A stretch of 63,767 bases of DNA, filler included, from Lenisia limosa (Eukaryota; Protista; Breviatea), in the NCBI GenBank assembly GCA_001655205.1. It is 15 parts of 15 records of this genome, joined end to end, with 100 filler letters (N's around TTAATTAATTAA, not from the genome) between each part and the next. Parts side by side here need not be neighbours in the genome. Positions count along the whole stretch, not along the records: positions 42,081 to 52,585 come from LPNZ01009406.1; positions 52,686 to 57,772 come from LPNZ01008322.1; positions 57,873 to 59,049 come from LPNZ01009328.1; positions 59,150 to 60,155 come from LPNZ01002648.1; positions 60,256 to 61,295 come from LPNZ01003594.1; positions 61,396 to 62,538 come from LPNZ01008811.1; 9 more parts are not named here. One strand, given 5' to 3'. This document shows positions 51,058-62,491 of the stretch, piece by piece. Under the pieces are notes generated by a model. That model was not told the DNA's origin. It ran no database searches and saw only the letters and a list, made by a program, of their open reading frames with translations. The position numbers and the translations under genes are program-made. Numbering within the stretch: position 1 is the stretch's first letter; every line of letters starts with the position of its first letter.

Positions 51058-51690
51058 CTTTAGCGCACTGCAACCCAAACATTGAGTTTGTTCTTCATGG
51101 GTGAGGCAGACACTGAAGAGGCATCGTAGTCACTGTACACACTGGAGCTGCCAACAGTGCTGTTGTCGTTACAATGGTTCGATAGGATTGTTAAAAGAAC
51201 TGTGAATGTACAGCTGCGCTTGAATACGGGGAATCTGCAACCCACTAATAGAGCTCTACCGGATTGTAGTCATTGCAGATGCCGGTGTAGCATCCATGGG
51301 CATCCACGCCACGCATAAGTGCCAAGTTGCGTCCGCCAAAGCCGAGACAGTTCGACATGGTTGCAAAGCCAATTCCTATAACTATCACTTTAAGGAAGGA
51401 TAGTAAGAAAACACATTCATTTTAACACACTCCAAAACCAACTATTGTGATTCTGTGTGTACAATTCATTTTTTTCAAATTATATCTAGTATATGATTGC
51501 ATCATACCTCCAGCAGCACTGTCTCGACGGTCCGTGATCATTGATTTGTCATAACCATAAAACTATATCGGTGAAGATAGGTTATCAGAAGTATCCCAGT
51601 TAGAATGGCGGTCACCACCATACTGTCAATCCGTACATCTTCCGCGGGCTTTCGTCAGGCGAGATGAACCCATGAATCTGCAACAATAAG
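51058..51690 (-). CDS. Hypothetical protein exons
   Basis: GC-richer open segments such as SNCLGFGGRNLALMRGVDAHGCYTGICNDYNP with splice-like borders. Frames not resolved. Confidence 0.3.
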
Positions 51691-52413
51691 GGATAGATAT
51701 ACATCTGAGTAATATATTCACAAGCAATATGATCTTTAATACAGTTCAAATGATGAACGGAATCACAAAAAGGTTTATCCCGAGATATTAGAGCAAAATA
51801 CTACCGTCTCCCTGCCATATCATGTTACAAGCGATAAAAAATGACCCATAACTGATATGCTCAAGTTAATGATACAGAAAGACAGTTTACTAAATGATAA
51901 TACGTTCAGATGCAGCGAGATGCTATCATCAGAGCAGGATATATATCAACTTCTAAGTACACCTACAGTTGAACAAGTTTCGCCTGCAACTGAATAAGGC
52001 TGAAACGCATTGGCTTGCTCAAAATTGGCTGACATCTGAAGCAGGGTAAAGCAATGAGAAAGAAAGGATATCAATTTCAAGGTTGCAGACAAATATGGCG
52101 CCATACTCTTGGATTTTAAGCTTTAAAATCCACATTTCAAAGACCCTGCAAATGGCTGGCAAAGTGCATAAAAGTTGTATTTAATAGCAATATGTATTAA
52201 CCCCTTCTCGAGTAACACTAACAACCTACTTTTTCAGTTACCAAGCTTACTTTCATTCCCCAAATGTTGTCAGTACCATCGACACCAAAAATCATTTCAG
52301 TGATGCCAAATTTCAAGAGTCTAGAGAGATAACGAGGGACAAGTTGGCAATGGATCATACAATGACAGTAAAGGCTGCCCCTATTTCAATATTAACCCCA
52401 ATCACATCCAGCA

Positions 52414-52513
52414 CCCAGCCCAACTCCAAGCGATAGCTCCCAGCCCAACTCCAAGCGATAGCTCCCAGCCCAACTCCAAGCTATAGCTCCCAGCCCAACT
52501 CCAAGCGATAGCT
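52414..52513. repeat. 25-bp tandem repeat, four copies
   Basis: CCCAGCCCAACTCCAAGCGATAGCT x4 with one substitution. Confidence 0.92.
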
Positions 52514-52966
52514 CCCACTCCACCACCTTGGTGCAATACTCCATGTTTTACCGGGGTTGACTTTTCCTTCTGATGAATGCCACTANNNNNNNNNNNNNNN
52601 NNNNNNNNNNNNNNNNNNNNNNNNNNNNNTTAATTAATTAANNNNNNNNNNNNNNNNNNNNNNNNNNNNNNNNNNNNNNNNNNNNCTAAACACTATGAGA
52701 AGGGGGGGGGGGGTAAAATTGGAAAATTTATGAAACAAAAAGCCGATAAATACTTTGGGCAATTCCGTGAATTGAGGGCAGGGGGTGGGGGTTATGTGCG
52801 GTTTTTTTAAGGTAAATGACTGGGTAAATTAGTATTACTATTCAATAATCAATAGTTCCCAAAAATGATAACGTGGACGGCTTTACCTTCGGTCAGACAC
52901 TCCTTTTTCATTTATCCTTTCTTCATATCACCCACAACTTCTAACCTCACTGGTCTTCGCCACAAC

Positions 52967-53067
52967 TAGGGCTTCCCTGCGGTTCAAAAAAGTCCGGTTT
53001 TTTATCGATAGTTTTCGAGGATTTATAGAGAAATTCACTCGTTTTTATGAACCGAAGTGAAGCCCTA
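52967..53067. mobile_element. hAT-type MITE (family A), degenerate TSD
   Basis: TAGGGCTTC..GAAGCCCTA termini. Flanks GCCACAAC and AGCACAAC match at 6 of 8 positions. Confidence 0.8.
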
Positions 53068-53146
53068 AGCACAACTCTCGGGAAAGTACCTTCCTCCCCC
53101 AAGTTCTTGAAAAAACACCCCTCATAATAGTCCTTCAAACACTACA

Positions 53147-53842
53147 AACTCCCCAAACTTTTAGGAATTTCAACCAAGGCCTGGTTCATAAACTCGGTGA
53201 CTTCGACCACTCCATAGAATGGGTGTCTATAGTCCGTATGTGCCATCATTAGCTCGTAGCCCAGCCAGGAGAGCTGTTTTGTCAGGGGAAGAGAGGTAAT
53301 TGTATCATCAGTTTCATTTGAGACATCGTGTGAGAAAAGAGGGACGCGATGAGAAACATACAGTGCCCGGGATAAGCCTTGACCTATTATCCTTAGGAAA
53401 TCATTTGGTAAACCAGTCAAGACTTATCCCGGTCACTGTTCATTATCTCTTTTCACAATGGAGAAGGAGATAAGGGACCATGAAATAGTAATTAGAAATT
53501 TTTTTAAATAAAGGTTCTCTGTAATAACATTAAGGTGAAGAGTCTCATACCATTATTAAGAAGTTAAAAGCCCAATAATATCATTAAAATGAGAAGTACG
53601 GGGATTATCATCATTAGAAAGAGAAGAGCTGTGATCATCATTGGAAAAAGACACAGAACCGTAATAAAAACCGAAAGACCGACATTGGTGACTTCCTTGA
53701 GCCTCTCGTTGCTGAGAATGATGGTTTCGGTGAAGGGTTGCAACTCAATAAGATGGAAAATGCCGATGAACGTTAACCCGCTGATGGCCGATGCAATCAA
53801 CAGAACGATCAGGAATACCCTAAGAAATGAGCGTTCGAACAC
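53147..53842 (-). CDS. Hydrophobic coding segments, possibly the 3' end of the TmcB-like gene or a separate gene
   Basis: ORF 53842-53564 with two long TM stretches, and exon LSWLGYELMMAHTDYRHPFYGVVEV..GSL ending in TAG. Confidence 0.35.
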
Positions 53843-54125
53843 TAATTACTCAGGTCTGAAAAAGACCGAGTGAACCTAGGTGAATTTCGATATTTATCGA
53901 GGATTTATAGAGAAATTCAGTCTTCTTTGGAACGAAGCGAAGCCCTAACCCTAATACATGTGAGAACCCGGGATATCTATACTATAAATATCATATTATC
54001 TATATCTACATATTAGTTTATATTATTGTTATATCCTGCAAGTTTCTTTAATTATGTTTAAATTGATAAAACAATACACTATTCAACTGGATTATTAGAA
54101 ACTGAAGAAACCGTCACAAGTAGCT

Positions 54126-57059
54126 CACATTCCAACACGGATGGAGTTGACCTTCTTGGGGGGTATGATGGTTGTCTTGTGCCAGTCACATGAGGACATA
54201 TCGCAGATCTGCTGTTCGGCTGCCTTGGTCAGAATGAAGTTCATCAAANNNNNNNNNNNNNNNNNNNNNNNNNNNNNNNNNNNNNNNNNNNNNNNNNNNN
54301 NNNNNNNNNNNNNNNNNNNNNNNNNNNNNNNNNNNNNNNNNNNNNNNNNNNNNNNNNNNNNNNNNNNNNNNNNNNNNNNNNNNNNNNNNNACATACTAAA
54401 GAAGGAAGAAGGAAGAAGGAAGAAACAAAGAAAAGAACAGCTCTGAGTCTAACAAAAGAGCCCACCTCCATCAGTATGATCATCATGATCAGTCTTGTCG
54501 TCTTCGGGGATTTCAGTCTCACTATGCTCAACTACAGTGTTAGGTGTCTTATCAAAAGCCATACTCCCACTCCCCCTACTCATTCGCTCATCTTCATCCC
54601 GGGTGCCGAAGTCATCCAGTTCGACAAGGTCGTGTTGCAGCTTTCGAATGACCGGCCTGGACGGGGGGGGGGGGGNNNNNNNNNNNNNNNNNNNNNNNNN
54701 NNNNNNNNNNNNNNNNNNNNNNNNNNNNNNNNNNNNNNNNNNNNNNNNNNNNNNNNNNNNNNNNNNNNNNNNNNNNNNNNNNNNNNNNNNNNNNNNNNNN
54801 NNNNNNNNNNNNNAAATTGATTTGCTTTATGCTAGCCTCAGGAAAATCGGTCAAGACATACCAGTGAAATTACAAAGTATGAAACAGTATAAAACTCAGA
54901 ATCAACTTTGTCAGCTAAACCCTTGAAAAAACACACAAGAGTTAAAAAACAAAACAAAAACACAAAAATACCAGGTCAAAAATAGAACTGTTTATTTTCA
55001 GGCATGAACATACCTTGGAAGATGGGTGAACAACATGGTAACTGCGCGTTGTTCGCTGTCGATATGGAAGTACGCCGGAATTAGCAGCAGAAGCATAAGG
55101 AATACCTGGGGGGGGGGGGTAAAANNNNNNNNNNNNNNNNNNNNNNNNNNNNNNNNNNNNNNNNNNNNNNNNNNNNNNNNNNNNNNNNNNNNNNNNNNNN
55201 NNNNNNNNNNNNNNNNNNNNNNNNNNNNNNNNNNNNNNNNNNNNNNNNNNNNNNNNNNNNNNNNNNNNNNNNNNNNNNNNNNNNNNNNNNNNNNNNNNNN
55301 NNNNNNNNNNNNNNNNNNNNNNNNNNNNNNNNNNNNNNNNNNNNNNNNNNNNNNNNNNNNNNNNNNNNNNNNNNNNNNNNNNNNNNNNNNNNNNNNNNNN
55401 NNNNNNNNNNNNNNNNCGATAAATCCTCGAAAACTGTCGATATTTTACCCGTATTTCTCAGACTGAAGTGAAGCCCTAAATATGACCATGTGACACGACT
55501 CACAATAGAAACGAGGGACCCGAGTGCAATATAGTAGAGGATTCTTTGATAGTCGTCAAGGATGTCGTCCACAATCGAATCGAATAGCGTGCCTGTGGAG
55601 TGAGTGTCTTGGTCAAACTAACTGGTGTTCTCTTGTAAGAAAGAATAATAATATGATGTGAAATGAAAATAGGTTACATCTGGCCGAAGTCGTCCACACA
55701 ATTTACCCAATCATTCGCCTAACAACTCTGTTAACAAAATAATATATAAATGAGAAATAAAAAAGTTGTATCTAGACTATTGCCAGATAGTAATAACAGC
55801 AATAGAAAGAAAAAGAACAAAGACAAGAGAATAGACAACAACAAGAACAAAAGCAAGATAGAGAATCAACCACAACAAGAAGAACAAAAACGAGATGGTG
55901 AATCAATAAGAAGAAGACGATTTACTGAATCAAAAAGAAGCCTGCCACATACCTGCCTCCTGGAACTTCTCTATCATGAGAGAGTTGTAGCTGACGAAGT
56001 TGTTACTATACTGGACATCGGCATCGTTGTAGCAAGACGGTCCGCTAGCCCGGCATTTGGTGATCACTCGCTGTACATGGAAGATCGTTTGTCGACTGGG
56101 GGGGTGGGGGTGAATGGAAGATCCTTTGCCAACCGAATACTATCGATATTTTATGAACCGAAGTGAATCCCAACTCACCCAACAACCCAGAGGCTCTGTA
56201 TGCCTCTGATTTGCGTGTAATTATTTGGCTGGAACACAACGACGTTGGGCTCGTTGAAGATGTACGTCAAACGATCAACTTTCGAGGAAGAAACTGGACG
56301 AGAATTAAACACAGCGGTGTGTATACCAGTGATTTGATTGCAATAAAACGAAAATGCGAATCAATGAGACCATAAACCAACACATTTGTTCCCATTACGA
56401 CCCCGTCATGTATTTGGCGCCTTAATTGCTAAGAATGCTGTGTATTCTGAGCCCACCTTCATCGGCAATTTCCCTGGCTTTGGTGAAGACAATCTCAAGT
56501 TGTTCCTCAAACTCGACGTTGAAGGCGTCCATCATATTGAGACTATGCTCGAATGTAGTGGCATGTGCGTTTTCAGGCAACTGTAGGGGAATTGTGAGGG
56601 CTTGGGATAAACGTCGTAAATACTAAGCCTATACAGAGACAGATCACGAACAAAGATACTGTGATATTGCAGTGAAAATAATTTAACACTGTACTATAAA
56701 AAGCTAAATATAGAGAGATGAGAAATAAAACAAGGTTGTAGTACACCCATCATTTGCCTTACAACTCTGTGCACACAGCTTTCTGCGTGTCTCCCCAGCA
56801 TGATGATATGACTCCATGATATGAGAGAGACATAAACAAACTATACCACTTTGTCAGGTATACATATGATCCTGGCACGGATATTGAGCTTATCTTTAGG
56901 CAATCGTGTCTGGACTTGACATGATAGCACACATGGTAAGGAGATTTACCCTAAACCGACATAAACGGCAGCTTCGAGAGCACGCAGGTTCTGGACAGCT
57001 CCGCTGAATGACGTCACCAGTTGCCCCGATATAAACAGCGAGTCGGTCAGTTTCTCAAC
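54126..57059 (-). CDS. Membrane protein with TmcB/TmcC-like C-terminal motif, internal exons
   Basis: In-phase exons GTLFDSIVDDILDDYQRILYYIALGSLVSI | VFLMLLLLIPAYFHIDSEQRAVTMLFTHLPR | PVIRKLQ. The TM-E..+..LF..LP pattern recalls tiny-macrocyst proteins. By eye only. Confidence 0.45.
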
Positions 57060-57872
57060 CTGTAGGGGTGAGTGAAAATGGAAACCTGGGGGAGGGATGG
57101 GCAATTGATGATCATTATGTAATAACTACTACTCCTCCTCACACCCTTACACTCCAACACAGCAGCAACACTCAGCAGAGTCAATCAAATCAGTCATGTC
57201 AATCAAGTAGTATTTTTGATGCAAACGGGCCGGCTAAAATCCAAAGCGATTTGAGATATTTTTTGTTTCTTTCTACTTTTGGAGTTTCTAAGGGTCTTTC
57301 ATCTTCTACAGGAAGGCTAAGTACGATTCAAGGTAAGAAGGCACGGAAACCCTCTCAGTTCACCCTCACTTATGCTTTTATTTGCGTCTTGCTCCCCCTC
57401 GTGTTCTTACTACTCGTAATGTTTGACAAAATAATGTTGTAATAATGAAAAGTGAGCTGAATCTATCACTGCGCAGTATCCTAGTCTGGGTGCGTGCTCG
57501 ATCACACTCTAACGTTGCTCATCTAAGATCATCTCTTTTTTTGAAAGCTTAACTCTTAGATCATTTGAAAGTATCATTGTGTAGATCTGTATTCTATCTC
57601 ATATGTTGACTCAAATCCCATAATTACTTATATCTTTACTTTCGTTGTTAAGTAATATTTCGTTATAGGGGCGGCATTATCTTTGGCCACTCATATTTGA
57701 AGATTAAAAAATGTTTGTATATTTTATGACAGTCCACTCTATCACAGTGTGGATGAAAAAGACACGAATTAANNNNNNNNNNNNNNNNNNNNNNNNNNNN
57801 NNNNNNNNNNNNNNNNTTAATTAATTAANNNNNNNNNNNNNNNNNNNNNNNNNNNNNNNNNNNNNNNNNNNN

Positions 57873-58018
57873 GCAGAAGCGACTGGCAATATCTTTGTTT
57901 GTTTTGTTGTTCTTTACCCTTGTGTTCCCGAATGCTTAAGCCAACAGAGTTTATTTTGGGCTTCTCTATTGTTTTTATTTCATAATTTTTCCAATTTTAC
58001 TCCGGTCACCTCCCCCAG
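57873..58018 (+). mobile_element. Family B element, near full length, ending at an acceptor
   Basis: GCAGAAGCGACTGGC..TTTGTTTGTTTTGTTG..GCCAACAGAGTT..TTTCATAATTTTTCCAATTTTACTCC..CCCCCAG, then exon 58019. Confidence 0.8.
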
Positions 58019-58327
58019 GTACCTGAGGTAGAAGTCAAAACAGTCGAAGATACGGCCGCCGAAATCTACAGCTCCATCAGCCATATTGCTCAGGTAAGGG
58101 GGGAGGGGTGAATGGGAATTTCTTTGGCCCCCCAGTGTATATCATAGCATATGATATTTTCTTTTCACTGGGCGCATGTATTTTTATTGTTAACACAGTT
58201 CCTTTTAATCCAAAGTAACAGCCCTTAACCGGCACAGGACTCCACGCAAATGGGCCTCGGAATGGACTTGCCTAATGCGGAAGCCTCCAGCATCCAGTCG
58301 GCGATCATGAGGCCCAACCCGGCCCAG
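58019..58327 (+). CDS. Hypothetical protein exons
   Basis: 58019-58093 (VPEVEVKTVEDTAAEIYSSISHIAQ, then GTAAG) and about 58238-58327 (DSTQMGLGMDLPNAEASSIQSAIMRPNPAQ). Confidence 0.45.
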
Positions 58328-59149
58328 GTCTGGACCAAGGACTCCTATCCGACCGAAATGCTGTTCTCCATAATGGTGCGGGGCTTTATCTTTGATATTT
58401 TTATTATTATTATTATTTTTTTTTATTATTATTGTTTTTTTTTTTTTTTATCTGATATATATGCTCAGGTCCAAAATTATGTCATTAATTATTTACGGTC
58501 GCCAAATCAGCTATTCCCCTTCAAGCAATATATTTCTGAGATATACACACTTCATTTGTTTATGAAGGGAAACAAAGAAAAAGAAAAAAAAAATCATTTT
58601 TTTGATCAAACTTTATCGCGAAAATTTAATTTTTTTAGCGCCACGCTTGCGCAATTTTTTTTCAGTTTATGCTCGCATTTTTCTCATATGTCCTTTTTTN
58701 NNNNNNNNNNNNNNNNNNNNNNNNNNNNNNNNNNNNNNNNNNNNNNNNNNNNNNNNNNNNNNNNNNNNNNNNNNNNNNNNNNNNNNNNNNNNNNNNNNNN
58801 NNNNNNNNNNNNNNNNNNNNNACGACATAGTTTAAGACCACGAATATATCTTATTATTTTCTAAATACTCTATCAGTATATAAACTCTGGTGTTTATATG
58901 ATATATTGTTATTTTTTCATTATTTTATTATATCATATTATATGATATGATATATCATATCATATCATATATATACTATTATATACAATATCATATTTGG
59001 TGTAGTATTATATTGTTTTTAATTGTTTTTGGGGGGAACGGGGGTCCTTNNNNNNNNNNNNNNNNNNNNNNNNNNNNNNNNNNNNNNNNNNNNTTAATTA
59101 ATTAANNNNNNNNNNNNNNNNNNNNNNNNNNNNNNNNNNNNNNNNNNNN

Positions 59150-59975
59150 CTTCTGAGTTCCTCGCGGTCTACAGGGCAATATTGGCGTGACAGCCACGTG
59201 GAGTAGAGAATCGGCCTAGCAAGGGCCAGGTCCAAGTCGGCGCCTGGGGAGTTAGGCTGTTCTTGGAACAAATGGAGTTGTATACACAGTGTATACATGA
59301 TACAATATTATCATTATGAATACTCCTGTGCTATATAGCACACCACACAATGAAGAGGTTTAATCACGTGGCCCGAAGGGTCGTATTTGTATTTCAAGTT
59401 TCAAGAAATCACCACACATTTTCACCCACCCCCGCACCACTAAAATACTCTGAAGCGACCTGGTCGAGAGTGGAGTTGAGCCATTCGCGTTCGTCGTCCA
59501 TCACCAGACGGTCGTTGAAGAGCCTGTGGAGGGAGGGGGTCAAATTGGATATTTTATGGGGGGAAAAAAAACAAAAAAACAGATAAAAAAAAGAATGGGG
59601 ATTGGTACTTTCTGACAACAACAAACAAAAAAAAACCCCTCTTACCTAAGGCCCTCGTGTGCCCAGAGCCTTATTAGGCCCTCGGGATCGGTGACAACAT
59701 CACCCTGACGCAACACGGTTTGTAAGCCTCGCACCCATCTGGTCAGCTCTCGCGGGGAGTAAACGTAGTGGGCTGGAGTTGAGGTAAATGGAAAAACAAA
59801 TAACCTGAAATCTAATGGCTGAACACGAAACTCATGTAAACAATCAAGCCTTCCCACCTTGTGTATCGGGGGAGAACCTAGTCTGGCATAGGCAGTAGAG
59901 GCGTATCATGGCGTCAGTGACCGACGATGACATTGACCTAAGGGCTGGCTGCGACCGCAGGAGCGCTCTTGTAAA
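59150..59975 (-). CDS. DYNC1H1: Cytoplasmic dynein heavy chain, AAA3-AAA4 region, four exons
   Basis: [25 protein letters not shown] | [27 protein letters not shown] | LFNDRLV..EREW | [22 protein letters not shown]. Confidence 0.95.
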
Positions 59976-60255
59976 CTGCGGGGGTAAGGGGAGGTGTGGA
60001 AATGGAATATGTACAAATCACAAGGTTGAAAACAATTATGGAACAAGAAAAGCTCTTGTGCATCGGCGATATCACGAATACACCGCACAGTGATAGTCTT
60101 CCAAATCACATAATAACCCCTTCTTATCAGTCATCAATACCCCTTCTTATTGATCNNNNNNNNNNNNNNNNNNNNNNNNNNNNNNNNNNNNNNNNNNNNT
60201 TAATTAATTAANNNNNNNNNNNNNNNNNNNNNNNNNNNNNNNNNNNNNNNNNNNN

Positions 60256-60373
60256 CATCACTCCAACAAACAAAGATCACGCCAGTCGCTTCTACAGCAC
60301 CGCATCCCATCACTCCAACAAACAAAGATCACGCCAGTCGCTTCTACAGCACCGCATCCCATCACTCGCGTAC
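60256..60373 (-). repeat. Intron start made of two tandem 52-bp family B 5' modules
   Basis: Minus strand donor GTACGCGAGT, followed by GATGGGATGCGGTGCTGTAGAAGCGACTGGCGTGATCTTTGTTTGTTGGAGT twice. Confidence 0.8.
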
Positions 60374-61294
60374 CTGCTTGGAGGGGGTAATATTGGCCGA
60401 CACGTGGCTTGTTGGTTTCGGCTCCCTTGGTTTTCTGGAGATGGACGAGATCGCAGTGGATGCCCATGAGAGGACTCCGGGGCCCTTGGTCCCGTGCTTC
60501 GATGTATCTTCCTGGGAGGGGGAGTAAAACAGGAAAATGTATGAAATAAACCCCCCAGTTGGGTAAAAAATGGTAAGGTTCACAAAGAGTGAGAGGATAC
60601 GGAGAAACAATAAACCGTCATAGAAATAAGGTTGTTTCACCAAACTGTCCACTATCATTGAGACGTGTAGGCTTCACTTCGGTTGAAAAAATGATTGAAT
60701 ATCTCGAAACTATCGATATTTTTTCGGTTTTAATTTGACCAGATGGTGAAGCCTTGCATATAAAGGATGCTGTCAGTTGTTCCATGCCATCATCACCCAC
60801 AGCGCGGTTGTTGGTGACGTTGTGGTGGTTCAACTCGAGTTTAGCCACGCAAGAACGCAGAGCAAGGAGGCCCTTCTCCCGAACCTGAACCATGAAACAG
60901 ATACGGGAATAGAAGTGTGGGAATGTAAAAACAATAAGACTGTCACACGACTACAACGTTCAGAATATCAAGCTTTTGTGGGGGGGAAGTGGATTATATA
61001 ATTGAATAAGGTATCAGCACACATCATCACTACTTGTCATTTATGTGAATCATGAAAAAACACAATATAACTAGTTGCCAAATGAATCCAAACAAAAAAA
61101 AATCTCATGAAAAGAGACTTTACTCTTTCTGATCCTAGTTTCACTAGAGACTATATCTCTATGATCCTAGTTTCTATACAGACTTTACTGCAAAAAGCCC
61201 ATCCAACACTTTCTTCAGGGTCGATGCTCATGTGACCAGCCAGCTGCAGTCCTGAAGAAGCCACCGTTTTCGCGTCCAAACACTCGGCACCTGC
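60374..61294 (-). CDS. Hypothetical protein, internal exons
   Basis: AGAECLDAKTVASSGLQLAGHMSIDPEE, VREKGLLALRSCVAKLELNHHNVTNNRA and EDTSKHGTKGPGVLSWASTAISS..PSKQ, with GT/AG borders. Confidence 0.45.
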
Positions 61295-61395
61295 TNNNNN
61301 NNNNNNNNNNNNNNNNNNNNNNNNNNNNNNNNNNNNNNNTTAATTAATTAANNNNNNNNNNNNNNNNNNNNNNNNNNNNNNNNNNNNNNNNNNNN

Positions 61396-62288
61396 ATCCA
61401 TCCCGCTTACCCTGCCAGTGTAGTAGTAGTTGTTACTGTTGGCCACTGGAACGTTAGGTTGGGGGTAATATTGAAAATAAACTACAGAGACAAACCACAG
61501 CCCCCCGCCCCCATGGTAGATTGTTTCAGACACGCCAATGTATTTCTATGTAGAAAAAAAACCCCATACTGGTATGACCAATGACAGCGTCAGTGATACC
61601 GTCTCCATTGAAATCTCCGAAGGCAATTCCGGCGGGGGAAGAGGGAAGCTTTTGTGTGAAACTGTTTGGGAGGTGCTCGTAGCATAGTAGCATATTGCAC
61701 AAAAAATGATTACAAGAACCCCCCCCCCCCCNNNNNNNNNNNNNNNNNNNNNNNNNNNNNNNNNNNNNNNNNNNNNNNNNNNNNNNNNNNNNNNNNNNNN
61801 NNNNNNNNNNNNNNNNNNNNTGACAAAGGTGATGGCGGATACGGCCGCGTAGCCGCTATGGAGGCAAGACACGCAGGTCGACGCCGTGGCAGGAGTGAAG
61901 GTCCTGGTAAAAGTAAAAAAAATGGCAAGGATTAAAGTGAAATTCAATTGAAAAAACAAAAAACAATGTTCAAGAACAAAACATTTCGCTCAAAGACATA
62001 CTATAGTAACATAATACTCATATTCATACGTTCACCCCTCCCTCCATCCCTCATACGTAGGCATTGTGCCAGTGTGGGTCATAATGACGGTACCGTAGGT
62101 CTTGGCAATGCTCTCGACGGAAAGCTCATTGGCAGGATGGTATTCTGTGGCGTTAGAGACGAATGTGGAAACAAGAAAAACGGAGACAACAGATTGTATC
62201 ATACAAACGCCCCCGAACTATCGTTTGTGAACTGCATGCGAGGGGTGTTCCACGCACAACCAACAGAGTAGTAACGGCCAGCAGTCAT
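61396..62288 (-). CDS. Hypothetical, probably extracellular Cys/Thr-containing protein
   Basis: Exons MTAGRYYSVGCAWNTPRMQFTNDSSGAF, EYHPANELSVESIAKTYGTVIMTHTG and ASTCVSCLHSGYAA. Confidence 0.4.
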
Positions 62289-62410
62289 AGAGAGGTTCTA
62301 AAGGGGTCAGGGGGTTGAGAAACAACAAAGCGTTTGGATACGCTACACATCTAATTACATGAGGAGATGCTGAGTAGTAAAAAATTCAAAAAGCTCTAAA
62401 GCCCCCCACA

Positions 62411-62491
62411 ATGTCAGAAGAAACCACGGTGGAATCAGAGGACGAGGTGATGGACACCTCTGTGCTGGACACCTGTGTGAACTTGCTGCAA
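62411..62491 (+). CDS. First exon of an unknown gene
   Basis: ATG in ACAATG context, MSEETTVESEDEVMDTSVLDTCVNLLQ, then a GT donor followed by poly-G. Confidence 0.5.

Noticed and set aside
17725-52513. Short repeat arrays (17725, 41757, 52414) as CRISPR arrays
   Set aside because: Units are head-to-tail with no unique spacers, there are no cas genes, and the context is eukaryotic introns.
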